Of a stretch of 64,000 bases of DNA, positions 1 through 9,169 are shown piece by piece (the stretch's first letter is position 1; each line of letters begins with the position of its first letter). Location: contig JBBDZC010000012.1 in NCBI GenBank assembly GCA_040900375.1, positions 39,301 to 103,300 on the forward strand, given 5' to 3'. The stretch comes from Candidatus Anderseniibacteriota bacterium (GTDB taxonomy: Bacteria; Patescibacteriota; Andersenbacteria; UBA10190). The position numbers were made by a program, and so were the translations under genes. A model generated the notes under the pieces. The model made no database searches. It was given only the letters and a program-made list of their open reading frames with translations, and was not told the DNA's origin.

Positions 1-945
1 TGGCGAGACCAAGAACGGGCCCAGCATCAAACTCAAGAATTGGCACGGGCGAAAGCGACGGTGGAGTTCGTGGAGCAGCAGACAAAAATTATTGACGAGA
101 CGCGCGAACTCCTCAAGCTTGCCACAGCAGAAGAGGATGCAGCTACCCTTAGCGATATTAAAAAAACGAGCGCGGCGGTGGCAGCGACACTGACACGGAA
201 AGAACGAGAATTACTCTTCAATGGACCGCATGATCAAAGTAATGCGATTGTGATGATTCAAGCCGGCGCGGGGGGGACTGATGCCCAGGATTGGGCGATG
301 ATGCTCGAGCGCATGTACCTACGGTTGGCAGAGTCCCGGGGTTGGAAAAGCCATTTGCTCGAGCGCCAAATAGGGGAGGAGGCCGGCATTAAACACTCAA
401 CGTTTGAGCTTAAAGGGAATTATGCTTATGGCATCTTAAAACAAGAGCATGGTGTCCATCGGTTAGTGCGTCTCTCACCCTTTAACGCGGATAATTTACG
501 CCAAACATCCTTTGCTGGTGTAGAAATTCTGCCCAAAATTACTTTCCAAGAAGCAATGCCGCTTGATACCAAGGATCTTGTTATTGATACGTTTCGGGCA
601 AGTGGGGCGGGCGGGCAGCATGTTAATAAAACCAGCTCGGCCGTGCGGATTCACCATTTGCCCACGGGCATTATTGTCAGCTGTCAGAATGAACGTTCCC
701 AGGCGCAAAACAAGGAGCAAGCATTGAGTATCCTGCGCGCCAAACTTCAAATCCTAGCTGAACAGGCGCACGCAGAGCAATTAAGCGAGCTAAAAGGAGT
801 GGCTCATGAAGTAGCCTGGGGAAATCAAATTCGCTCATATATCTTGCATCCCTATACACTCGTTAAAGATCACCGCACTGGCCAAGAGGAAACCGATGTA
901 CACAAGGTTCTTGATGGCGATCTGCAGGCTTTTTTACCGCTGTAA
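1..945 (+). CDS. prfB: Peptide chain release factor 2, 5'-truncated by window start (frame stays open to position 1)
   Basis: SPF tripeptide (RF2-specific) and GGQ motif (SGAGGQHVNKT) are present in the translation. The reading frame is open from nt 1, so the gene begins upstream of the window. Confidence 0.9.
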   Translation, partial: WRDQERAQHQTQELARAKATVEFVEQQTKIIDETRELLKLATAEEDAATLSDIKKTSAAVAATLTRKERELLFNGPHDQSNAIVMIQAGAGGTDAQDWAMMLERMYLRLAESRGWKSHLLERQIGEEAGIKHSTFELKGNYAYGILKQEHGVHRLVRLSPFNADNLRQTSFAGVEILPKITFQEAMPLDTKDLVIDTFRASGAGGQHVNKTSSAVRIHHLPTGIIVSCQNERSQAQNKEQALSILRAKLQILAEQAHAEQLSELKGVAHEVAWGNQIRSYILHPYTLVKDHRTGQEETDVHKVLDGDLQAFLPL

Positions 946-1047
946 TCTTCTTTTCTTAAAATAGACGCTTAGGGGGAAGCAAAGCATATGATATACTGGC
1001 CTATACAAGCTTTCCCTATATATGCTTACTTATAACCAGCCGCGCGC

Positions 1048-1728
1048 ATGATTACCTTTACCGAGGTATCAAAAGCCTATACGCCCGAAAGTGCCGCGCT
1101 TGCGAACGTTACCCTCAAGATTCCAACTGGTGATTTTGTTTCGATCGTGGGTCAGTCCGGCGCCGGTAAATCAACGCTCCTCAAACTACTCTCCGCCGAA
1201 GAGCGCCCGTCAGCGGGAAAAATTGTCATTGACGGCTGGGATATCACCCAGATCAAGAAATGGCAAATTCCTCACCTGCGGCGGCAAATTGGCGTGGTGT
1301 TTCAGGATTTTAAACTCCTGCCCAAGCGCACGGCTTTTGAAAACGTGGCGTTTGCCATGGAAGTGGGTGGCGCTCTGTCGCGCGAGATTCGCGAAACAGT
1401 ACCGCATATTCTCAAATTAGTTAACTTGCTGGAAAAAGCGAATGTCTACCCCACGGAAATGTCGGGTGGCGAGAAACAGCGCGTGGCAATTGCTCGGGCC
1501 TTAGCGTATAAGCCACAGATTCTCTTAGCTGATGAGCCAACCGGTAACCTCGATGCACTCCATTCGTGGGATATTGTCCAACTGCTAATTAAAATTAATA
1601 AATTAGGTACAACCGTGTTGCTGGCCACACATAATGATGACATTGTGAACGCACTTAAAAAAAGAGTAGTTACTATTAACAAGGGGGCGGTGATCTCTGA
1701 TCAGCAGGGAGGAACCTATAAATTATGA
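1048..1728 (+). CDS. ftsE: Cell-division ABC transporter ATP-binding protein FtsE
   Basis: Walker A GQSGAGKST, ABC signature LSGGEKQRVAIARAL, Walker B LLADEPTGNLD. About 226 aa, immediately upstream of an FtsX-like permease. Confidence 0.9.
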   Translation: MITFTEVSKAYTPESAALANVTLKIPTGDFVSIVGQSGAGKSTLLKLLSAEERPSAGKIVIDGWDITQIKKWQIPHLRRQIGVVFQDFKLLPKRTAFENVAFAMEVGGALSREIRETVPHILKLVNLLEKANVYPTEMSGGEKQRVAIARALAYKPQILLADEPTGNLDALHSWDIVQLLIKINKLGTTVLLATHNDDIVNALKKRVVTINKGAVISDQQGGTYKL

Positions 1729-1898
1729 CCCCGAAATACATCTTTCCCCATGTTCTTCTCGCAATTTTAGGAAATACTACGGATACTTACCTGCTGGAGA
1801 AGAACATGGTAGTGCTCAACGTCATAATTGTTTAGAATAGCTATGTTGCCAGAAATATTTTTCCCTCTAAGGAATCTAAAACTAGTCGTATCGGCCAA

Positions 1899-2852
1899 AT
1901 GGCCGGGAAAGTTGTTATACGGGGTATGATTGGCATTTCCTTTATGCGCATTCTGCGGACCGCTTTCCAGAATTTGTGGCGTAATATCTGGCTGGCGGTG
2001 GCAACGCTCATTATCACGACGATTACGCTCTTGATGATGTCCGTGCTCTACTTTGCTAACATTTTTGGGGTGCAAGTTCTCCAAAATATTGAAGATAAAG
2101 TTGACTTGTCCGTGATTTTCAAAGAAAACGTTCAGGAACAATACATTACTACCATTGCCCAGGAAGTACGGGCACGGCAGGATGTGCAGGCGGTAACCAT
2201 TGTGACGAGCGCGCAAGCTTTGGATATTTTCCGCCAACGCCACGTAGATGACCCCTTAATCGAGGAATCGCTGCAAGAGCTCCAAGATAATCCGCTGCCG
2301 GCCACTATGTACATTGTGGCCACTGAACCGCGGTTCTATCAAAATATTGCTCAAAGCCTTGAGGCTGAGAAGTACAGCCCTTTTATTGATCGGGTTAATT
2401 ATGAGAATTCGCGCGGAGTGATTGAGCGCCTAATTGCCATTATTTCCTCGGTTAAAAACATCGGATTCTTGGTGACGGTGACGTTTGCGTTGCTCGTGGT
2501 CCTGATCATGTTTAATACCGTCCGGCTCGCCATTTATAGTTTCCGTGAAGAGATTGACATTATGCGCTTGGTCGGTGCCTCGCGCTGGTTTATCCAGGGA
2601 CCCTTTGTGATTGAGGCAGTGATTGTGGCAGTTGTCGCCGTCGGGGTTGCCAGTACATTGATCTACCCCGCGCTCAAAGCAGTCGCCCCGCAACTACAAC
2701 GGTTCTTCTTTGATACGCAAGAGAGCCAATTCAATATTTACCAGTACGCGCTTGAACACTGGACAACCGTGATTGGTTTACAAATGCTTTTGGCCGTGGG
2801 TCTGGCAATCTTCAGTAGCTTGATCGCCGTCCGCCGTTACCTCCGCGATTGA
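1899..2852 (+). CDS. ftsX: Cell-division permease FtsX (start may be the internal ATG near 1926)
   Basis: About 300 aa with an N-terminal TM, a large extracytoplasmic loop and three C-terminal TMs, typical of FtsX. Follows ftsE. Confidence 0.8.
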   Translation: MAGKVVIRGMIGISFMRILRTAFQNLWRNIWLAVATLIITTITLLMMSVLYFANIFGVQVLQNIEDKVDLSVIFKENVQEQYITTIAQEVRARQDVQAVTIVTSAQALDIFRQRHVDDPLIEESLQELQDNPLPATMYIVATEPRFYQNIAQSLEAEKYSPFIDRVNYENSRGVIERLIAIISSVKNIGFLVTVTFALLVVLIMFNTVRLAIYSFREEIDIMRLVGASRWFIQGPFVIEAVIVAVVAVGVASTLIYPALKAVAPQLQRFFFDTQESQFNIYQYALEHWTTVIGLQMLLAVGLAIFSSLIAVRRYLRD

Positions 2853-2894
2853 TAATACCCTGGGTAGGTGTCTTTAAAGGTAGGTAAACGGCGT

Positions 2895-3848
2895 TTAAAG
2901 GCGACTTAAAATATCATTTAAGGACGCGGGTAGTTCTTGGACACGGACAAGGGGCGTTTGGCTGACAATGTCATAGACAGAAGGCAGGTAGCGCGCTGAC
3001 TGCACGATAATGCGCAGTCGTTGGCCGACAAAGCGAGATGAAGGCAGCAGCCGCACCTCTATCACTCCAGGGTGGCCGCGGAGCTTGCGCAAAACGTCAT
3101 ACCGCAAACCCTCGATCCAAACATCAAGAATGCGCGGACAAGCTAAGGCATTGGCAATCTCATTGCATGTGCCTAAATGCGCCAGAGTAGCTTGGTGGAG
3201 AAGCACCATGGGCCAGTCTAACGTTTCAGCGGTAGCGACAAATCGCGTGGCAACAATAATAGTGCGGTTAGGAAAGAGTGAGGGTAATAAACTCTTGAGC
3301 GGTAGAACACCGAGCTGATCGGCAGTATCATCAAGTAAGATGAGCGGGGCATCCGAGAGGGCCGCACGCGCGAGATTAAGACGCAGCCGCTCGGCCGTAG
3401 AAAGTAAACGAGCAGACCGATGCATAACCGAGTTTAATTGTACCAGGTCACTAATCTCACCAATGCGGGCTGGCAGACTGGTAATCTGATGAGTAGTGCC
3501 AAAAGCTTGGAGAACCTCAAACGCGCTCTCGTGCGCAGGTTCCGACTCTTCGGCCGAAACATACCCAGCTGCTAAATCTTTAACTTTATGGGGGGCCACG
3601 CCATTAACATGAATTGTACCCTTGCTCGCTGCCGTTATACCGGCCAGAAGCCGCAGTAACGTAGTTTTGCCTGCTCCTTCACGGCCGAAAACGGTCACGC
3701 AGTCACTTTGATTTAGGCGTAAATTGATGTCGCGCAAGACAGAGTGAGGGTGAGGAGACCGGCCGAAAAGTGAAGTCAGGAAGGAGGATTGGGGCTGATA
3801 GTCGACGTAGACATGGCGCAGATCAACAAACGAAGGCTGGTGGTCCAT
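2895..3848 (-). CDS. ABC-type ATPase with degenerate signature motif; the ORF as listed extends to 3956, but the likely start is Met at 3848 (MDHQPSF...)
   Basis: Walker A GREGAGKTTLLRLLAG is present. The signature reads LSTAERLRL instead of LSGGQ. Walker B reads LILLDDTAD, so the catalytic Glu is replaced by Asp. A C-terminal extension of about 100 aa follows. Confidence 0.65.
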   Translation of the reverse strand: MDHQPSFVDLRHVYVDYQPQSSFLTSLFGRSPHPHSVLRDINLRLNQSDCVTVFGREGAGKTTLLRLLAGITAASKGTIHVNGVAPHKVKDLAAGYVSAEESEPAHESAFEVLQAFGTTHQITSLPARIGEISDLVQLNSVMHRSARLLSTAERLRLNLARAALSDAPLILLDDTADQLGVLPLKSLLPSLFPNRTIIVATRFVATAETLDWPMVLLHQATLAHLGTCNEIANALACPRILDVWIEGLRYDVLRKLRGHPGVIEVRLLPSSRFVGQRLRIIVQSARYLPSVYDIVSQTPLVRVQELPASLNDILSRL

Positions 3849-3976
3849 GCAGGCTAGTATATCATACTGCCCTTGGGTTAGGCGCCCGGCAGTGGACAAA
3901 AAATAAAGGGTGGCGGTATGGTAATTGCAGAAGATTGTTCTCTTTAACCAATCCACCCAATTCGGGAGGAAAAATC

Positions 3977-4552
3977 ATGACGCAAGCTCTGGCTGTCGAA
4001 AAGATAGTGGAAAAACTTTGCGCCTTCTTCACTCCACCCCGTTCCCATCTCATTCTCAATCAAAAGCAATACAAAAGATTGAACACTCCCGTCTATGTGA
4101 TGGCGGTGTGGCAAGGGCAGAGCAGAAATTTTGCTTTTCCGGTCGATGAACCGATGGACGCTGACATTCTTCCCCGTACTTTCACACTGACCAAGTCTGA
4201 TGATTTAGCAGTATTCATGCTCGGCAGTGCGGCGGAAGTATTGAATGCCAGAGTGAGGCACCTCACTGCTTTTCTTGGCCATCGCTCACCGAATTTGCAT
4301 CTACCGGCTGACTCGACGCTGGACTACTTGACTGCCGCCGAGACCAATAACCAACTTGATACACTAGAGCAGCTTGGCGAAGTTGAGGTTGGCCTCGATA
4401 TACATGTTGCTCTGCCAGGGACAATGCAGGCGCCAAGGTGCTTTAAATCAGTGGTTCGGGCGGTGCCTTTGGCCGCGCTGTTTACTCCGGCACAGTTGGC
4501 GCAGGCACTCCAAGTGGACCAGCCAAAGCTGCGATTTCGAGAGTTTTTCTAA
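3977..4552 (+). CDS. Hypothetical protein (start chosen at ATG 3977, preceded by GGAGG)
   Basis: The ORF 3770..4552 has its 5' part antisense to the ABC ATPase. An internal ATG with a GGAGG Shine-Dalgarno 8 nt upstream gives a 191-aa product with no recognised motif. Confidence 0.4.
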   Translation: MTQALAVEKIVEKLCAFFTPPRSHLILNQKQYKRLNTPVYVMAVWQGQSRNFAFPVDEPMDADILPRTFTLTKSDDLAVFMLGSAAEVLNARVRHLTAFLGHRSPNLHLPADSTLDYLTAAETNNQLDTLEQLGEVEVGLDIHVALPGTMQAPRCFKSVVRAVPLAALFTPAQLAQALQVDQPKLRFREFF

Positions 4553-4604
4553 AGCGCAGACCATGAGAGCCCCCACGTCGATCAGGGAAGACGACGTGGG
4601 ATTT

Positions 4605-5195
4605 TTAATTGTGAGACTCGGCGGGCGGCGGGAGAGGTGTCCCTGTTGTTACGGGCGTTTGCCAAGCTTGCTTGGCGGATAGGCGAGCGCCGAGTAACCC
4701 GGGAACATACTGAATGGCTAAAAATAAACTAAAGGTAAAAATCATGTCGCCAAAGAGCGTGTTGCGGAAGAAGGGCAGGGCATAGAGATACGATAAGATA
4801 AGGCCGTCGAGCGTGCGGGCATACATGCCTGACCACCACCACACCGCGGCATTCGTCACGAGATAAAATAACACCGAGCTTATAACAGTCACGCCGATGG
4901 TCCGCCAGGGCCGAAAACTGCCATGAAGCAGGTGGCCGAGTAAGGCAATAAGGCCAAAGCAGCTATAAACTGCCACCGTGATTTCGATTTGGTCAAAGCC
5001 GATCATGGTGTCGGAAATGAACATGGCAACCAACGGCAGGGCGAGAGCCAGAGGAACACTCACCATAGATCCAGCGACAAGTGCCAGGGCGGCTATGGGT
5101 GCCACGTTAGGAATATGCTCGCTCACCCGGGCGGCAACGGAGAAAATAACGAGGCTTATCATTAACAAGAAAGTATAAAATTGCGATAATCTCAT
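4605..5195 (-). CDS. Small polytopic membrane protein, ECF-transporter S-component-like (about 6 TM, 196 aa)
   Basis: Six predicted hydrophobic helices in about 190 aa, the size and topology of ECF substrate-capture subunits. Lies 3' of the DUF4430 operon on the same strand. Confidence 0.45.
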   Translation of the reverse strand: MRLSQFYTFLLMISLVIFSVAARVSEHIPNVAPIAALALVAGSMVSVPLALALPLVAMFISDTMIGFDQIEITVAVYSCFGLIALLGHLLHGSFRPWRTIGVTVISSVLFYLVTNAAVWWWSGMYARTLDGLILSYLYALPFFRNTLFGDMIFTFSLFLAIQYVPGLLGARLSAKQAWQTPVTTGTPLPPPAESHN

Positions 5196-5204
5196 ATCAC
5201 CACC

Positions 5205-7301
5205 TTAGAGCACGTTAAGCTTAGCGAGCAAGCGCGTCAGCGTTACCCCCACGCCAATATTCGCTAATCCAAAGAGAGCAAAGGCAAACCGGTGATCAGT
5301 TGCCGTCACTGGCACAGGCGGAGTAAGCGAGGAGGAAAGTGGTGGCGTAACGCGCGGCGATGATAGCGGAGAGATTATCGGTGACGATAGAGCCGCTTGG
5401 GTAGCCAATCTCTCATCGGGGCCGGCGAGGCTCTGGTAGTAAGGAGAGGGCGACATAACGGGGACGCTGGTGGTGGTGCCGGCTGCTCTTGCGACGGGCG
5501 GCACGGAAATTTGAGTCGCAAGGAGAGAAGAGTCGTCGGTGGTAATTTGGCCGCCCACAATATCAGTAATCACTGGCAGGGTCGTAACCGGCCACGGCGT
5601 ACCGAGAAGAGCGACTGCTGCGTACGCTGTCATAAAAGCCGACACATCGGTATGTGACCGCCACCCAAAACCACCGGTGGCTGATTGATACCGCAGCAGA
5701 GCATGCCAGGGTGTGGCGCCGGTAGTATTTTGCCAATCGTTGGGATTCTCACCTAGGGCAATAATGGCTTGCAGAGCCCACGCCGTGCTGGCCGAGTTTT
5801 CGCCAAAGCCACCATACTGATCTTGATTAAGCTGCAAGTAGTGCCGCGCGCGCTCGAGCGCCTCCTGAACATTATGCTCGCCACCCTGTCGCTGATAGGC
5901 TTGCAGGGCTTGGGTCGCCGCGGCGGTAATATCAATGCCTACCCACGAACCGTTCGCTGTCTGCTTGGTAAGAATTGTTTGGACGGTGGCGGCAATCGGG
6001 TTACCGCTGACTGGCTCACCGGCGGCCAGCAGAGCGAGAACTCCAAAAATATCATCATTCACGAGTGTTTCTTCGCCAATTTGATTGTGGTGATAGTAGC
6101 CTTTGAGCTTCGTAACTAAGTTTTGGCCGCCGAAGCGCCGCGGGTCACCGCCCCCCGCTCGCACCGCCAATACGAGCCGTTCTACATCTAGAGCGGATTC
6201 AAGAGACGTCCGGGCGAGCGCGTGGGCCAAACTATTGCTACCGACCGTAACGGCGCTGGCTCGTTCATTATTAGCTCCAAAGGCAATGGCACTCCACGCC
6301 GAGGTAATTTGACCATCAATACTGCCGTCACCCTGCTGGCGGGCGCGCAGATAACGGAGCGCTTGGGCAGCGCGCTCTTGCCGGTCAGTCGTTGTTATTC
6401 CAGCCACGTGCCCGGGTGGGGGAGTGGGGGATGGAGATAGTGTTGGTATCGCTGGAGTCGGTGAGGGACTGGGTAATGGTGACGGGAAAAGACTGGGGCT
6501 AGGAGAGCTACTGGCAACAGGGCTTGGGGAAGGGCTTAGAGATGGCGAGGGGGTGGGAGTGGGAGAGGATATGGGACTCGGTGAAGGCACAAGCACGGTG
6601 ACTACCTGGCGAGCACTGCGGATAAAAGTAGGGCCGGAAGCCTCAATAGTTAATTCACCAGGGGTGGGGGTGATGATCACCACGCCATCAGCGCCAACTT
6701 CGTGTGACTTGTCATTGACATGTAGGGTAGCGCCGCCAGCATTTTCCCACTGTCCGTGCCAGTTAAAATTTTCATCGTAGTCACCCACACGCTGCTCAAC
6801 CAAAATTTCCGCGGGTTGATCAGCATTTATGGGAGATGGCAAAGTGACGCGCAGGGGAACGCCCGGAAAAGCAGCAAAGGCTAACAGGAGATCATCTCCG
6901 GACTGGGGAGTGTAGCTATCTATCCCAACAGCCGCCGGGTCATAATTGACAAAAAATCCCCAGGATTTTGAGAAATCTGCAGGTGTGTCGTCATTGCCAA
7001 TTCGTTTGAGGAAAAGGCCAAAGCCAAAATCCTGAAATTCATAGGTTAAACCCGTAGCTTCCGCGGCAGCAACTAATGCGCAAGCACCCACTGAACTCAA
7101 CTCATGGGCAACTCCCGTCGTATCTACCACCGTGCAGTCACCAGCAGCGACGTGACCGGCGAACAGGGTGGCGGCGCTGCCCTCAATGCGCAGGTGGACA
7201 GTGGTGGCCGCGCGTACCGGAACAAATGTAACCGCAATGGCGCCGGTCGTGAGGATAAAGAACAGCCCGGCAGCGACAACGCGGTGAATGTTTTCTCTCA
7301 T
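5205..7301 (-). CDS. Cell-surface protein: signal peptide, DUF4430-like domain, Pro/Ser-rich linker, prenyltransferase/squalene-oxidase-like alpha/alpha-toroid repeats, C-terminal TM anchor
   Basis: N-terminal hydrophobic signal. The motif ...SWGFFVNYDPAAVGIDSYTPQSGDDLLLAF resembles DUF4430. A long PSPSP linker follows. QGDGS/GGFG repeats (QGDGSIDGQITSAWSAI, QTANGSWVG, YGGFGENSASTAWALQAI, TGGFGWRSHTDVSAF) are typical of terpenoid-cyclase/prenyltransferase repeats. The C-terminus is hydrophobic. Confidence 0.7.
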   Translation of the reverse strand: MRENIHRVVAAGLFFILTTGAIAVTFVPVRAATTVHLRIEGSAATLFAGHVAAGDCTVVDTTGVAHELSSVGACALVAAAEATGLTYEFQDFGFGLFLKRIGNDDTPADFSKSWGFFVNYDPAAVGIDSYTPQSGDDLLLAFAAFPGVPLRVTLPSPINADQPAEILVEQRVGDYDENFNWHGQWENAGGATLHVNDKSHEVGADGVVIITPTPGELTIEASGPTFIRSARQVVTVLVPSPSPISSPTPTPSPSLSPSPSPVASSSPSPSLFPSPLPSPSPTPAIPTLSPSPTPPPGHVAGITTTDRQERAAQALRYLRARQQGDGSIDGQITSAWSAIAFGANNERASAVTVGSNSLAHALARTSLESALDVERLVLAVRAGGGDPRRFGGQNLVTKLKGYYHHNQIGEETLVNDDIFGVLALLAAGEPVSGNPIAATVQTILTKQTANGSWVGIDITAAATQALQAYQRQGGEHNVQEALERARHYLQLNQDQYGGFGENSASTAWALQAIIALGENPNDWQNTTGATPWHALLRYQSATGGFGWRSHTDVSAFMTAYAAVALLGTPWPVTTLPVITDIVGGQITTDDSSLLATQISVPPVARAAGTTTSVPVMSPSPYYQSLAGPDERLATQAALSSPIISPLSSPRVTPPLSSSLTPPVPVTATDHRFAFALFGLANIGVGVTLTRLLAKLNVL

Positions 7302-7900
7302 TGCCCGTCCTCCATGTGCATCGCTTCATACTGCCAGCTGATTTGATCGCCCAGATTGACGATGGCATTAGAGGCTCCAAGCGGGGAACGAGTGCTATTG
7401 ATGTAGAGATACCAATAAAGTTGCTGGGTAGGATCATTGGCGAGGCCGTTAATAGATTCTACGAGCAGCCCAAGGGATCCGCCGAAATCTTTGGTAGTCA
7501 TAGTGAGACCATGCGCCGCCGCCGCGTTCATAACTTCAATTACCGTCCGGGGCGCAGTCGTGGCTACTTGATAATCGGTATTCTGGCCCTGCGCTGCTAT
7601 ACGTAAGCCCACTGTTTCTGTGGGTGCACTGGCTGTCGTTACGACAGCTGTCGTGGAGGGAGGGAGAACTACTGGAGCCACTGAAGCAGTGGCGGAAAAG
7701 GTGGCGGTGGCCGGTGTGGTTGCCAGAGATGGGGGTGTTTCACTGGCTGGTTGCTGGGGCCAGCGAGTGAGTACGAAACCGAGGATGATGACCAGCGGGA
7801 CAAGAATAGCGAGGATAATAGCTTCCCCCTGAATTAAACCTGTTTGTCCATTTTTTCTATAGGGTGGCGCCCCAGAGAGAAGATCGGCAATTTTCTTCAT
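7298..7900 (-). CDS. Membrane-anchored DUF4430-like protein
   Basis: N-terminal TM helix, Thr/Ala/Pro-rich linker, and a C-terminal domain with LYWYLYINSTRSPLGASNAIVNLGDQISWQY (DUF4430-like W.Y.N/GAS/GD..W.Y pattern). The stop overlaps the start of the downstream gene (ATGA), consistent with an operon. Confidence 0.65.
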   Translation of the reverse strand: MKKIADLLSGAPPYRKNGQTGLIQGEAIILAILVPLVIILGFVLTRWPQQPASETPPSLATTPATATFSATASVAPVVLPPSTTAVVTTASAPTETVGLRIAAQGQNTDYQVATTAPRTVIEVMNAAAAHGLTMTTKDFGGSLGLLVESINGLANDPTQQLYWYLYINSTRSPLGASNAIVNLGDQISWQYEAMHMEDGQ

Positions 7901-7905
7901 GATAA

Positions 7906-7944
7906 TAATAGTGATAAAAAAATTAACCTCTGCCCAAGACAGAG
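7906..7944 (-). terminator. Intrinsic terminator/attenuator in the 5' leader of the DUF4430 operon (putative riboswitch expression platform)
   Basis: On the minus strand: CCUCUG-ucuuggg-CAGAGG followed by UUAAUUUUUUUAU, directly upstream of the ATG at 7900. Confidence 0.45.
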
Positions 7945-8100
7945 GATATTTTTACACCACTAGTAGTGGATTCCTGCTCGGGAGAGTGACACGTTAGCGA
8001 AGGATCGGACTTTAACCCCTTGACTAGCTCGGGGTAAACCGTTGCGGCACAGTGTGGGAATTACACCCACTTCACTTCACAAACAATTTTTAATTGGCAA
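7930..8100 (-). promoter_or_regulatory. Candidate cobalamin (B12) riboswitch in the operon leader
   Basis: Minus-strand RNA reads ...GUGAAGUGGGUGUAAUUCCCACACUGUGCCGCAACGGUUUACCCCGAG...GAGCAGGAAUCCAC... This parallels the cobalamin-riboswitch core (GGUG.AA.UCC...C.G.CCCGC.AC.GU) and the B12-box (GCCAGGAGACCUGCC-like GCAGGAAUCCAC). A terminator hairpin follows. Confidence 0.4.
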
Positions 8101-8192
8101 CGAATTGCTTACTTATTAGTATTCCTAAAGTTGCGAAGCGGTCAAGTAAGAATGAATGAATTTTTCCACATAGTGTTTGGAAATCAATACTG

Positions 8193-8265
<73 letters not shown>

Positions 8266-8367
8266 ATAACCAAATGTGGGCGTACCTCACTATACGACGC
8301 AGATACCACCCCCGCAAGCATGCTGCCGCGCTATCTTTACAGGAGGATTGTCCCTGGGTATGCTTAG

Positions 8368-9072
8368 GTGTTTATGATGTCCATATGTCGTGGGGAAAGA
8401 ATATCCCCCTTAGGTTTTCTCTTTGTTGCCTGCGCACTCGTGAGTGCCTCCTGGGGACACGTGTTGCCTGATCATGTACTTGCGCAAGAAAGTTCAGCGG
8501 CAGTCGTTTTCCAGATAACCGATGATCGACACGCCGTGCAGCCGGGCGAGAGCGTTGTGTTTCGCGTTACCGCCCGCAACTCGCAAAGCAGTGATGCTGG
8601 GGGAGTACGAATCACTGCTCATATTCCTGATTACCTCGTGCCGCTCTCTACTTCGCCAGCGGTTATTGCAAATCCCGATGCCCGCACGTTGACGTGGGAG
8701 AATATTACTCTGCCGGCGCGAGCTGAACAAACTTTTTCCTTCCGTGCCCAAATCGCCCAAGAAACACCTCCTAACACCATGCTGCGCACTGCCGCCGAGA
8801 TTATTGGTCCGGGGGTGCGCAGTAATTCTACGGACACTACACTTGTGGAATCAGTGCCGTTTATTGTGACCGAACAAGCAGCTACCACCACTGCTCCAAG
8901 TGTAGTGACTACACCGGTGCCACCAGCGGTTGTGCCCACGGCCCGCACTGGTCCAGCACATGGTCTGGCTATAGCGAGCCTGGCGCTCGTACTAGCGGCG
9001 GCGGCAGGACGGGCTGCCTACCAACAAACAGGGGTATCTGTCCATAATTTTCGCCCATTCTCCCAATTTTAG
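8368..9072 (+). CDS. Secreted/anchored surface protein, DUF11-like repeat domain (true start probably an internal Met)
   Basis: N-terminal hydrophobic segment, a beta-rich domain with a GGVRITAHIP...TFSF pattern reminiscent of DUF11/CARDB surface repeats, a Thr/Pro-rich linker and a C-terminal hydrophobic anchor. Confidence 0.5.
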   Translation: MFMMSICRGERISPLGFLFVACALVSASWGHVLPDHVLAQESSAAVVFQITDDRHAVQPGESVVFRVTARNSQSSDAGGVRITAHIPDYLVPLSTSPAVIANPDARTLTWENITLPARAEQTFSFRAQIAQETPPNTMLRTAAEIIGPGVRSNSTDTTLVESVPFIVTEQAATTTAPSVVTTPVPPAVVPTARTGPAHGLAIASLALVLAAAAGRAAYQQTGVSVHNFRPFSQF

Positions 9073-9169
9073 CGTTAAGGATGTTAAAAATGGCAGGGAA
9101 ATGTCATTGCTCCTCTAATAGAGCCGCGTTATCGTAAGGAAATATTCATTACCTAACTAGATTTAAGAG

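Noticed and set aside
945-1048. Sigma-70 promoter call for ftsEX (TATACT near 997-1002)
   Set aside because: Plausible -10, but no convincing -35 at 17 +/- 1 nt, and the organism's promoter consensus is unknown. Not reported as a feature.
3849-3956. N-terminal 36 codons of the ABC-ATPase ORF, and similarly the first 44 codons of the aspS ORF (38746-38877) and the first 52 codons of the gltX ORF
   Set aside because: The conserved protein families start at the internal Met. The upstream in-frame stretches are unconserved and overlap neighbouring genes or promoters. Treated as ORF-caller extensions.
5375-6780. ORFs 5397..5657, 5769..6119, 6424..6780 (plus strand) inside the 698-aa surface-protein gene
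   Set aside because: Low-complexity Gly/Arg-rich translations antisense to the Pro/Ser-rich linker and repeat region. No motifs. Spurious.
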